NCBI GenBank assembly: GCA_007570905.1
Contig: RKSI01000028.1
Location: 1 to 38,075 of the forward strand
Reading direction: 5' to 3'
Length of the DNA: 38,075 nt
Source of the DNA: Gammaproteobacteria bacterium
GTDB taxonomy: Bacteria; Pseudomonadota; Gammaproteobacteria; Poriferisulfidales; Oxydemutatoraceae
A model generated the notes under the pieces. The model saw nothing but the letters and a program-made list of their open reading frames with translations, was not told the DNA's origin and did no database searches. Both the position numbers and the translations under genes were made by a program. Shown in pieces: positions 1-7,611 of the stretch. Numbering within the stretch: the first letter of the stretch is position 1; each line of letters opens with the position of its first letter.

Positions 1-145
1 CCGACCACTGTTGCGTCGTCAGTTCGTTGGCCGCCTGCTCCAGTTGCAGCGGGTTGGAGCAATACGGGCATTGCAGCGGGCAGCGGTGCGTCAATTCAAA
101 CAGAATGGAGACCGGCATGCCGATGGTTTTGTCTTTTGCGCTCAT
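1..145 (-). CDS. pqqE: PqqE radical-SAM enzyme, N-terminal fragment (gene continues beyond window start)
   Basis: Reverse translation from the ATG at 143-145 gives [47 protein letters not shown]. It has the CxxxCxxC radical-SAM motif at the position typical of PqqE. The start makes an ATGA overlap with the pqqD stop, and the gene follows pqqABCD. It is not in the ORF track because it is truncated. Confidence 0.85.
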   Translation of the reverse strand, partial: MSAKDKTIGMPVSILFELTHRCPLQCPYCSNPLQLEQAANELTTQQWS

Positions 146-414
146 ATAGAGATGAAGTCCTTGTCGGCCAGATCCTGAATCAGCGCCGTGATGTCGGCCA
201 GAATCCGCTCCTCCGGCGCATTATAGGACCTGGCGAAGGTTTGCGCGATGCTGCGAAGCGTGGTTTTGCCGTCGCAAAGGCGCAAAATGCCGAGCGCCGT
301 CTCGTCCGGCTCCAGCAGGCGCTCCGGCGCCAGCAGCACCCAGCGCTCGCGCGTCTTGTCGTGGTGCAGTTTTATATGTGCCGGCAATGACGGCATGGAC
401 TCCGCCGAAACCAT
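142..414 (-). CDS. pqqD: PqqD, PQQ precursor peptide chaperone
   Basis: This is the C-terminal part of track ORF 142..618: ...[81 protein letters not shown], typical PqqD size and pattern. It lies between pqqC and pqqE. The start is ambiguous: ATG at 414, or ATG at 396 which has GGAG upstream. Confidence 0.8.
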   Translation of the reverse strand: MVSAESMPSLPAHIKLHHDKTRERWVLLAPERLLEPDETALGILRLCDGKTTLRSIAQTFARSYNAPEERILADITALIQDLADKDFISI

Positions 415-436
415 GCGGCGTTCGCGGCTGTTTTCT

Positions 437-1183
437 TCAGCGGCCATTGGCGACAAAACAGTCCGGCGGCACGATGCGCGGATCCACATATGAAAAATAC
501 AGCGCGTCCAGTTGGCTCCACAGCACATCGCACTTGAAGCGCAACGCGGCCAGCACGCCGTGTTGCCGCTCCAGCGTGTTCGCGTTGTCAAGGACATATT
601 GCAGCGCGAAGTCCACATCGCGGCGCGCCTGCGTCAGGCGCGGCTTGAAATAGGCCATCGTCTCCTCGGTGATGAAGTCATAGCCGGCCAGCATCCCGGA
701 CATTCTCTCGGCGATGATGACGGGCGAGAAAATCTCGGTCAGCGACGACGCCACGGCGTCGAGCAACGGCATCTCCGAGACAAAATGCACATATCCGCCG
801 ACCGCGAACTTCGTCGCCGGCAGCGCGCCCTCGCGCGACATCACATAGTCGCGCTCAAGCCCCAGCCCGTCGGTGAGTTTCAGCCAGCGCTCGATGCCGC
901 CGCCGCCGTCCTCGCCGCCGTCGTGGTCGGCGATTCGCTGGCGCCACTCGCGGCGCAGCGTGTGGTCGGGAATGCGCGCCATCAGCCGCGCATCCTTGAC
1001 CGGAATCGCCGCCTGGTAGCAGTAGCGGTTCAGCGCCCACGCCTGCACCTGGCCCTTGTCCAGTTGGCCGGTGTGCAGCAGGCGGTGGAAGGGGTGCTTG
1101 TCGTGGTAGTAGTTCTCGCCGATTTCGCGCAGGCGCCGTTCCAGGTCGCCGCGGCTCAGCAAACTGCCGGGGCGCAGGTTCAC
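437..1183 (-). CDS. pqqC: PqqC, pyrroloquinoline-quinone synthase
   Basis: Track ORF 437..1312 contains YYHDKHPFHRLLHTGQLDKGQVQAWALNRYCYQ and the rest of the PqqC pattern. I place the start at GTG 1181-1183, which overlaps the pqqB stop (GTGA). This gives 248 aa, the normal PqqC size. Confidence 0.9.
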   Translation of the reverse strand: MNLRPGSLLSRGDLERRLREIGENYYHDKHPFHRLLHTGQLDKGQVQAWALNRYCYQAAIPVKDARLMARIPDHTLRREWRQRIADHDGGEDGGGGIERWLKLTDGLGLERDYVMSREGALPATKFAVGGYVHFVSEMPLLDAVASSLTEIFSPVIIAERMSGMLAGYDFITEETMAYFKPRLTQARRDVDFALQYVLDNANTLERQHGVLAALRFKCDVLWSQLDALYFSYVDPRIVPPDCFVANGR

Positions 1184-2109
1184 AGGTCTATCACCTGGCC
1201 GTCGCGCGACACCGTCCAGCCCGCCTGTTCCACTATCTTGCGCTCCGGCGAATTCTCGACCAGCACCGGATTGGTGTTGTTGATGTGAATGAAGATTTTG
1301 CGGTCTATGCACAGGTCGCGGAAAGCCGCGAGCGAGCCGTCTTCGCCGTTCATGCTGATGTGCCCCATGCGCCGGCCGGTCTTTTTGCCGACGCCCATCG
1401 TAATCATCTCGTCGTCGCGGAACAGCGTGCCGTCAAAAAACAGCAGGCCGCTGCCATCCAGGCGTTGCCGCAGCGAGTCGGTGAGGCCGGCACAGCCGGG
1501 AATGTAGTGGAACGAGGCGCCGCTCTCCGGGCTGCGGACATGCAGGCCGACGGTGTCGCCTTCCTCGGTGCCGAAATCGCCGCCGCGGCTTGCATCCTCA
1601 AGGAACAGCGCGACCTTGCCCGGCACCGCAAACGCCTCCACCTCAAGCCCGAGCGGGCGCCCGTGCGCATCTTCGGGGCGGAAAGGCGCCGACAGCGCGA
1701 TGGTGTGGCGCCGGACATACTCCGGGTTCAGCACATTGAAAATGGAATTGGTCGTGAGAATCCGGTGCACGCGGGCGGAGGCGTAGATGCTGAAAGGTTC
1801 GCTCTCACGCATCGTCAGCAGGCCGGCGATGTGGTCCACATCGCCGTTCGTCAGCACGACGGCCTTGACCGGGCTGCTGCGCAGCCCTTCGCGCGGATGC
1901 AGCGGTTCGGTCTGGTTCAACTGCTGCCGCAAATCGGGCGAGCAGTTCAGAAGCAGGTAACGGGAGCCGTCTGCGGTGACGGCGAGTGAAGACTGGGTTC
2001 TTGGGAAGGCCCGAGTACTGTCGTTTCTTGCGAGACGGCAGTACTCAGAATTGCAGTTCCATTGCGGGTACCCCCCTCCTGCCGCAGAGCCTAAAACGAT
2101 GATACGCAT
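1180..2109 (-). CDS. pqqB: PqqB (metallo-beta-lactamase fold)
   Basis: 309 aa beginning MRIIVLGSAAGGGYPQWNCNSEYC..., with VLTNGDVDHIAGL, the characteristic PqqB N-terminus. It sits between pqqA and pqqC. Confidence 0.92.
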   Translation of the reverse strand: MRIIVLGSAAGGGYPQWNCNSEYCRLARNDSTRAFPRTQSSLAVTADGSRYLLLNCSPDLRQQLNQTEPLHPREGLRSSPVKAVVLTNGDVDHIAGLLTMRESEPFSIYASARVHRILTTNSIFNVLNPEYVRRHTIALSAPFRPEDAHGRPLGLEVEAFAVPGKVALFLEDASRGGDFGTEEGDTVGLHVRSPESGASFHYIPGCAGLTDSLRQRLDGSGLLFFDGTLFRDDEMITMGVGKKTGRRMGHISMNGEDGSLAAFRDLCIDRKIFIHINNTNPVLVENSPERKIVEQAGWTVSRDGQVIDL

Positions 2110-2176
2110 TAGAGTCGGGAATCACCGCTTTATCCATGAGGCCCGGCGAACAAGAGAGAGGGACCAACAACGTTTT

Positions 2177-2193
2177 GATTACTTGCGGTAATC
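2177..2193 (-). other. Stem-loop (GATTAC-N5-GTAATC) 11 nt after the pqqA stop
   Basis: A perfect 6-bp inverted repeat is seen in the pqqA-pqqB spacer with no U-run. It is a possible transcript-stabilising or processing hairpin of the kind often found after pqqA. Confidence 0.3.
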
Positions 2194-2203
2194 AGGGCCG
2201 TAA

Positions 2204-2287
2204 TCAGGAAATTTCGGCGCAGGCATAGCAGTTGATTTCCATGCCGACGGAAATTTCTCTAATTGCGGGTGTTTTCCATTCTTTCAT
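2204..2287 (-). CDS. pqqA: PqqA, PQQ precursor peptide (27 aa)
   Basis: Hand translation gives ATG AAA GAA TGG ... TCC TGA = MKEWKTPAIREISVGMEINCYACAEIS. It has the conserved E-x-x-x-Y (EINCY) cross-linking motif and the methylotroph-like EI.VGMEv..Y..AEI pattern. An AGGAGG RBS lies 9 nt upstream, and the gene is directly upstream of pqqB. It is too short for the ORF track. Confidence 0.85.
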   Translation of the reverse strand: MKEWKTPAIREISVGMEINCYACAEIS

Positions 2288-2349
2288 CAGTAGATACCTC
2301 CTGATAGTGTTGAAATGCTAATTAGCGATTTGTGCATAAGCACAATGGC

Positions 2350-2358
2350 ATATTATCA
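2350..2358 (-). promoter_or_regulatory. Candidate extended -10 promoter element (TGaTAATAT) for pqqA
   Basis: The minus strand reads caTGaTAATATgcc about 63 nt upstream of the pqqA ATG, in an AT-rich spacer. The -35 is weak. Confidence 0.35.
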
Positions 2359-2459
2359 TGAAGACCGGCGAACAATCATTGAATTTTTCAATCTATCCGT
2401 CCGGTTTTGCGGCAGTATTATGGCAAAATAGCCTATAATATCAACCACTTGCGCCGTTT

Positions 2460-2834
2460 TCAGAAGCAGCGCACCTCGGCCTCGGCCTGCGCCGCCCGGA
2501 GTTTGTCCACCGCCTGCCGAAGCCATTCGGCGGTGCGGAACGCGGCGACGCGCTCGCCCTGCACCTGGCGCATGCGAAGCACCGTTTCCGCCTCCACATA
2601 TGCGTCGTATTTCATCTGCTCGGCAATCGCGTCTATCGTGCACGAGCATTTGTTCAGTATCTCCATGGACTGGCCGTTGGTGCTCATGCAGGCAAACACG
2701 AACTCGGCGCGCGCGCTGGTCGGAAAGTCGTTGGCGGCGGCGCCGGAAGCGGCGCACAAAAGGGCCGGCGCAAGACAGGCCGCGAGGCCCCCGTTCCGGG
2801 CGCGGAAGTTTGCGCGGCGTTTCGTTGCTTTCAT
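2460..2834 (-). CDS. Hypothetical small periplasmic Cys-containing protein (last gene of xox operon)
   Basis: The start is at MKATKRRANF..., with an AGGAGG RBS spanning the stop of the upstream gene. It has a signal peptide (LAACLAPALLCAASGAAA) and 4 Cys in the mature part. I recognise no family. Confidence 0.6.
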   Translation of the reverse strand: MKATKRRANFRARNGGLAACLAPALLCAASGAAANDFPTSARAEFVFACMSTNGQSMEILNKCSCTIDAIAEQMKYDAYVEAETVLRMRQVQGERVAAFRTAEWLRQAVDKLRAAQAEAEVRCF

Positions 2835-2835
2835 G

Positions 2836-3561
2836 TCAGCGTTCCTCCTGTGTGAGATGGCCGGAGAAGGCCGTCGGCGGCTCAATCCGGCTGAATTTCA
2901 TCTCGGTGTGTTCCAGAGCCTCGTCTTCAGGCGCGTCGCCGGGCAACCGCGTTGCAATGCTGTAAATCCCGCCGGGAATATCGTCGGCCAGCACAAACTC
3001 ATAGCGCTTGGCCGGATAACTCTTGTAGCGGTCGTCGCCCTTTTTGGAGGCGAGCGGCTCAAAAAACACCTTGTGCCCGTTGATGCGACGCCCGTCGTGG
3101 GTGAAGGTAATCTCCTCGCTTGCGGCGGCGCTCAGAAACGCCTGCTTAATCAGGTTGCGTAAGTAATGGCGGCTGATGTCGCTGTCGCGGCCCATTTTAC
3201 CCACATCCCACTCGAGGAAATACATAATCAGCGGATTGCCGTGAAAATCCTCAATGGCGTAGTTTTTGCCGTTCGCGCCGCTTAAAAACTCGGTTTCCAC
3301 ATCCTTGCCGCCGCGCTCCGTCAGGCCGGTAATCTTCAGCGTAACATGGTTTTCAATGGCCTCCGTTTGCGCGCCGCGCTGATGAAAATCATAATGCAGC
3401 GCCGCCGCAGACCGGATATTCCGGAGATGCGGCGTGTCAAACAGCAGCAGTTGCTCTTTGCTGTAACCGTCGCCGACTTCCTGCGCGGGCGCGAGCGGCG
3501 CAAGCAGCAGCGCCAGCGCGACAAGGTTCGGCAAGAGGCGCCGCTTGCCGTTCCGTTTCAT
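2836..3561 (-). CDS. Hypothetical secreted protein (241 aa), xox operon
   Basis: It has a signal peptide MKRNGKRRLLPNLVALALLLAPLAPAQE and a GGAGG RBS. Its start makes an ATGA overlap with the stop of the upstream CXXCW gene. The family is not recognised. Confidence 0.65.
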   Translation of the reverse strand: MKRNGKRRLLPNLVALALLLAPLAPAQEVGDGYSKEQLLLFDTPHLRNIRSAAALHYDFHQRGAQTEAIENHVTLKITGLTERGGKDVETEFLSGANGKNYAIEDFHGNPLIMYFLEWDVGKMGRDSDISRHYLRNLIKQAFLSAAASEEITFTHDGRRINGHKVFFEPLASKKGDDRYKSYPAKRYEFVLADDIPGGIYSIATRLPGDAPEDEALEHTEMKFSRIEPPTAFSGHLTQEER

Positions 3562-4145
3562 CGCTGTTCCTCCATCAATTCCGGGAATTCCGGCGGCATC
3601 TTCACAACCTTGCCGACGGCCAGTTCATGCCCCGCCTCTTTCCACTCATCCACGCCGCCGGGAAACCAGTGGACATTGCGAAAGCCGTACTCCATCGCCC
3701 TTTTCGCCGCGTTCCATGACATCCAGCAGTTGGCGTCGCAGTAGAAGACCAGAATCCGCCCTTCGCGGTGGGTCGTCAGCATCTCCAGGTTGTCCATGAA
3801 ATAGCGCTCGCGGGCGTCCGAGATGCGGCCATAACCGACATTCGGCAGCCACACGCTGCCCGGCAGGTTGTGGCGCGTAGGCGGGCGCCACAGGCGGTCG
3901 GCGGGAAAGTCGGGGGGTTTGCGGTCGCGCGGCAGCACATCAATCAGCGCGACATCCATGTTGCCGTCGTTTGCAAGCAGCGCGTGCAGCGCCGCGGCGT
4001 TGAGCACGGTCGCGCCTTTCAGCGTTGCCGGCACCGGCGCGCGGTAATCGCTCATGCGGTAGTCCCGCGGCTCGGCGACAACGCCGGACGCAACCGCCGG
4101 CGGCGCCAGCACCGCGCTTGCGGCAAGCAGCAGCGAGAGCATCAT
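3558..4145 (-). CDS. PQQ-dependent catabolism-associated CXXCW-motif (rhodanese-like) periplasmic protein
   Basis: The start is at MMLSLLLAASAVLAPPAVA (signal peptide), in an ATGA overlap with the xoxJ stop. The motif ILVFYCDANCWMSW matches the CXXCW family found next to quinoprotein dehydrogenases. Confidence 0.75.
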   Translation of the reverse strand: MMLSLLLAASAVLAPPAVASGVVAEPRDYRMSDYRAPVPATLKGATVLNAAALHALLANDGNMDVALIDVLPRDRKPPDFPADRLWRPPTRHNLPGSVWLPNVGYGRISDARERYFMDNLEMLTTHREGRILVFYCDANCWMSWNAAKRAMEYGFRNVHWFPGGVDEWKEAGHELAVGKVVKMPPEFPELMEEQR

Positions 4146-4960
4146 CTTTCCGCCACCAGCGGCACGCCGTATTCGCGCAACAGCGCGTCCAGTTTGTCCC
4201 GGTTCTTGCGTATGAAGCGGTTGAGTTGGCGCTTCCATTTAATTTCATTCGGGCGCACGCCCATCGTAATCCGGTAAATCATGCGGTGCTTTTCCGAGTG
4301 GTCGGCGACCAGCGGCGCCACCTTCAGGCGCGAGTCGTGCCGCTTGTTCAGGTAGCCCGCAATAGGCCCCCACAGGACGGCCACATCCAGTTTGCCGGCC
4401 AGCAGGTCCTTCACAATCTGCTCCGAAGGCGAATCAACCCGGGTGTCCACGACCAGATGGTAGGAGGCGACCTGCTCCATCAAGTCGTTTTCAAGCAGCA
4501 GGCTCGTCGGCGGCGTCCCGGCAATCAGGCCGATTCGCAATTTCGCGTCTTTCAGTTTCGGGTCCGACAGCGAGGCCGGTTTGTGGCCGGCGTCGGCGGG
4601 ATAGACCAGCGCAAATGCCGACGAGTAATACGGGTTGGTGTTCAGCAGCAGTTCGTTGGCCGCCGAGATGCCGACGACAAGATCGCAGCGCCTCGCGCTC
4701 AATGTCGTTCGCACAAAGCCCATGCTTTGCGGAAACCAGTAGTAGGAAAGCGGAATGCCGAGATCCGCGGCGATGAGTTCGGCGATTTTGTTCTCAAACC
4801 CCGTTTGCGCCCTGTTTGAGTAGGGCATATTGTTCGGGTCCGCGCAAACGCGCAGGACAGTTCGTTTTGCTACTTCGGTGCCGCCATCAGCGGCAAACAG
4901 CGCTTGCGGGCTGCAAACAAGGATTGCGGCAGCGGCGGCAAGCAGGCGCGCTCCGTTCAT
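4142..4960 (-). CDS. xoxJ: XoxJ/MxaJ-type periplasmic binding protein (quinoprotein dehydrogenase-associated SBP)
   Basis: 272 aa with a signal peptide. The pattern LRVCADPNNMPYSN...GFENKIAELIAADLG is the family-3 SBP fold typical of MxaJ/XoxJ. It makes an ATGA overlap with the xoxG stop. Confidence 0.8.
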   Translation of the reverse strand: MNGARLLAAAAAILVCSPQALFAADGGTEVAKRTVLRVCADPNNMPYSNRAQTGFENKIAELIAADLGIPLSYYWFPQSMGFVRTTLSARRCDLVVGISAANELLLNTNPYYSSAFALVYPADAGHKPASLSDPKLKDAKLRIGLIAGTPPTSLLLENDLMEQVASYHLVVDTRVDSPSEQIVKDLLAGKLDVAVLWGPIAGYLNKRHDSRLKVAPLVADHSEKHRMIYRITMGVRPNEIKWKRQLNRFIRKNRDKLDALLREYGVPLVAER

Positions 4961-5469
4961 AAATCGCCGAAGCAGGCTTTTTCATTCTCTGCCGCTTCCG
5001 GCGGCTTGCCCGTGTGCTTCGGACGATCCATGCCGATGGCGCCGTCGGCCCTTGCGACCAGGTAGGTGTAAATGTCGTCCACAAAACACATAACATTGAG
5101 ATTGGTTGCAAACCCCGGCATCACATTCTGCGTGGCCGCGTCCACATTGACCCGGCCATTGACGACCACTTCCAGATATTGTTCATAACTCAGGCGCTTG
5201 ATGGACTCCAGCAGGTTGGGCGCGAAAGAACTGCCCAGCCCGCCAGGCCCGTGACAAACATGGCATTCGGAATGGTAGCGGCGGTAGCCGCTGAATGTCG
5301 GCCAGTTCACCTTGCCGTCGGCGTTCACCTTGTATGGCTTTTCGCCTTCCGCGGCAAAGGCGCCTGGCGCCGCCAGGCAGGCCGCGAAGGCCGCCGTCAG
5401 CAACACGCCAAACCGGTGGCGAGATAAAAGAGCCCGGCAAACCGGGCGTTGTTGAGTTGTCGCCGGCAC
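4957..5469 (-). CDS. xoxG: XoxG / PedF-type c-type cytochrome (electron acceptor of XoxF)
   Basis: It has a signal peptide and a single CHVCH heme-binding motif, is about 170 aa, and lies between xoxF and xoxJ. The start is GTG at 5467-5469 (longest ORF). Confidence 0.8.
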   Translation of the reverse strand: MPATTQQRPVCRALLSRHRFGVLLTAAFAACLAAPGAFAAEGEKPYKVNADGKVNWPTFSGYRRYHSECHVCHGPGGLGSSFAPNLLESIKRLSYEQYLEVVVNGRVNVDAATQNVMPGFATNLNVMCFVDDIYTYLVARADGAIGMDRPKHTGKPPEAAENEKACFGDL

Positions 5470-5497
5470 CGCGTTTGTCCCGAAAAATCCTGTCCTG

Positions 5498-5538
5498 AAA
5501 AAAATCCGGCCCCCGAACCGGACGGTGCGGGGGCCGGA
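5498..5538 (-). terminator. Intrinsic terminator/attenuator between xoxF and xoxG
   Basis: A perfect 11-bp GC stem (TCCGGCCCCCG / CGGGGGCCGGA, 12-nt loop) is followed on the minus strand by U7. It lies 17 nt after the xoxF stop. Confidence 0.7.
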
Positions 5539-5554
5539 CCAAACAACATCGAAG

Positions 5555-7363
5555 TTACAGGGTAAAGACCGTCAGGCCGCCACCCAGCCGGGTGTAGTTC
5601 TGCAGGTGGCGGTAGCCGCCTACAGCGCCCAACCCGTCACGATCGCCGGTCAGACCAGCGGCCATGCCGATACCGGCCCAGCCGCCAATGCCCGAATAAA
5701 CGGCCACATGCTGCTTGCCTTTGTGCATGTAGGTCATGACATTGCCGATGATGCCGGAAGGCGTCTTGAACTTGAACAGTTCTTCGCCGCTCTTGGCATC
5801 CACCGCTTTCAGGTAGCCCTCAAGCGTGCCGTAGAAGACCACATCGCCGGCGGTCGCCAGCGCGCCGCTCCAGACGGAGAACTTCTCGTCAATCGCCCAC
5901 ACTTCCTTGCCCTTGTCGGCATCCCAGGCGATGAACCGGCCCATATGGGGGCCGCGGTCCGTGCCGCCCGGGCGCGTCGGCGCCGGGAACATGTCGAGGT
6001 TCGCTCCAACATATGGCTGACCCACCGTGTAGCTGACCTTGAAAGGCTCATAGTTCATGCAGACATGGTTTGTCGGCACATAAAACAGCCTCGTCCGCGG
6101 TGAAAAAGCCGCCGGCTGCTGGTCTTTTGTTCCCAGCGCCGCCGGGCAGATGTCCTTTGAAAGCACATCTTCGCCGTTGTACTCGGTGCGGTACTTGTTC
6201 ACCATGTTCGGACGGCCGGTTTTCATGTCGATGTCCGTCGCCCAGTTGACCACATCGTCGAATTTCTCGGCGACCAGCAGTTCGCCGTTCACACGATCCA
6301 TGGTGTAGGCGAAGCCGTTGCGGTCAAAGTGCACCAGCACCTTGCGGGTCTGGCCCTTGACCGGGATGTCGGCGAGTATCATCTCGTTGATGCCGTCGTA
6401 ATCCCACTCGTCGTGAGGCGTCATCTGATAGACCCATTTGGCCATGCCGGTGTCGGCGTCACGCGCGAAAATGGTCATCGACCAGCGGTTGTCGCCGGGG
6501 CGCTGAACCGGGTTCCATGTGCTCGGGTTGCCCGTGCCGTAATAAACCAGGTTCAGGTCGGGGTCGTAGGAAAACCAGCCCCAGGTTGTGCCGCCGCCGA
6601 TTTTCCACTGATCCCCTTTCCAGGTGTTGGTGCCGGAATCCTTGCCGACCGGCTCGCCGAGATGAGTGGTCTTCTTCGGATCAATCAAGGTGTCGGAATC
6701 GGGACCCATTGAATAACCGCGCCAGACCCGCTTGCCGGTCTTGGTGTTGTAGGCGGTCAAATGTCCGCGAACGCCGAATTCACCGCCGCTGATGCCGACA
6801 TAGACCTTGTCCTTGACGACCATCGGCGCCGCGGTTCCGGTCTGGCCCTTGGCGATGTCGCCATTCTTGGCGCTCCAGACTTTCTTGCCGGTCTTGGCGT
6901 CCAGCGCAACCAGCGTCGTGTCGGCCTGATACAGGAAAATCTTGCCGTCGGCGTAGGCGACGCCGCGGTTGACGGTGTCACAGCACATCACCGGAATCGT
7001 CGCCGGATCCTGTTGCGGCTTGTATTCCCAGACGATGCCCGCGTCTTTGTCCAAATCGAGCGCATACACGATGTTGGGGAACGGCGTATGAACATACATC
7101 ATGTTGCCGACAACCAGCGGGTTGCCTTCGTGCCCGCGCAGAACGCCGGTCGAGAAAGTCCATGCAACCTTCAGGTCCTTGGCATTCTTTGAGGTGATTT
7201 GCTTCAGTTCCGAATAACGGTGGTTGGCGTAGTTTCCGGTCGGCATCACCCACTGATTGGCGTCATCCGACATCCTCATCAGTTTGGTGTTTGCATGCAG
7301 ACTGGAAGCTCCGGCCAGAGCGACCGCTACCGCAACCAAGGCAATAGTTCGTCTCCCTTTCAT
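5555..7363 (-). CDS. xoxF: XoxF-type lanthanide-dependent PQQ methanol dehydrogenase
   Basis: Track ORF 5555..7495 is trimmed to [21 protein letters not shown] (signal peptide, GGAGG RBS). It shows the MDH N-terminus [19 protein letters not shown], the vicinal disulfide [11 protein letters not shown], and [11 protein letters not shown]. That last block has the D-x-D feature: the extra Asp two residues after the catalytic Asp is diagnostic of lanthanide-binding XoxF/PedH rather than MxaF (D-x-A). Confidence 0.92.
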   Translation of the reverse strand: MKGRRTIALVAVAVALAGASSLHANTKLMRMSDDANQWVMPTGNYANHRYSELKQITSKNAKDLKVAWTFSTGVLRGHEGNPLVVGNMMYVHTPFPNIVYALDLDKDAGIVWEYKPQQDPATIPVMCCDTVNRGVAYADGKIFLYQADTTLVALDAKTGKKVWSAKNGDIAKGQTGTAAPMVVKDKVYVGISGGEFGVRGHLTAYNTKTGKRVWRGYSMGPDSDTLIDPKKTTHLGEPVGKDSGTNTWKGDQWKIGGGTTWGWFSYDPDLNLVYYGTGNPSTWNPVQRPGDNRWSMTIFARDADTGMAKWVYQMTPHDEWDYDGINEMILADIPVKGQTRKVLVHFDRNGFAYTMDRVNGELLVAEKFDDVVNWATDIDMKTGRPNMVNKYRTEYNGEDVLSKDICPAALGTKDQQPAAFSPRTRLFYVPTNHVCMNYEPFKVSYTVGQPYVGANLDMFPAPTRPGGTDRGPHMGRFIAWDADKGKEVWAIDEKFSVWSGALATAGDVVFYGTLEGYLKAVDAKSGEELFKFKTPSGIIGNVMTYMHKGKQHVAVYSGIGGWAGIGMAAGLTGDRDGLGAVGGYRHLQNYTRLGGGLTVFTL

Positions 7364-7552
7364 TCCATAGTCCTCCAATGTGTTGGGGTTTTGTTTTTTT
7401 ACGGGTTGCCGGGCGGCAACCGATATGTCTATTCTTACATAAATAGCCAATAAGATATACGAAATTTTCAATCGGATTGTTCGTACATTCGGCAAAAGGC
7501 ATGTTTCCTTGATTTAACGGCAATTTTTGCCAAATCCGGCCCACGCAAGACC

Positions 7553-7580
7553 TTGATGACTTGCAGCCCGGCCTTATAAT
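7553..7580 (+). promoter_or_regulatory. Candidate sigma70 promoter TTGATG-16-TATAAT for the BI-1/YccA-like gene
   Basis: A consensus -10 TATAAT at 7575-7580 and TTGATG at 7553-7558 lie about 32 nt upstream of the ATG at 7612. Confidence 0.45.
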
Positions 7581-7611
7581 AAGGGCATCCCAACACAATG
7601 GAGGAACCCTG

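Noticed and set aside
7364-7495. The N-terminal 44-codon extension of the xoxF ORF, and similar extensions of the clpP, clpX, hupB, rnhA, fabI, yejB, yejE and pqqC track ORFs.
   Set aside because: In each case an internal start gives the canonical N-terminus or signal peptide. It also has an SD or a translational-coupling overlap, while the extension runs into an upstream gene or an AT-rich promoter region.
7518-7532. TGGCA-N5-TTGC resembling a sigma54 -24/-12 promoter upstream of xoxF (minus strand: TTGGCAAAAATTGCC).
   Set aside because: The GG-to-GC spacing is 2 nt shorter than the TGGCAC-N5-TTGC consensus. The element is better described as a simple inverted repeat.
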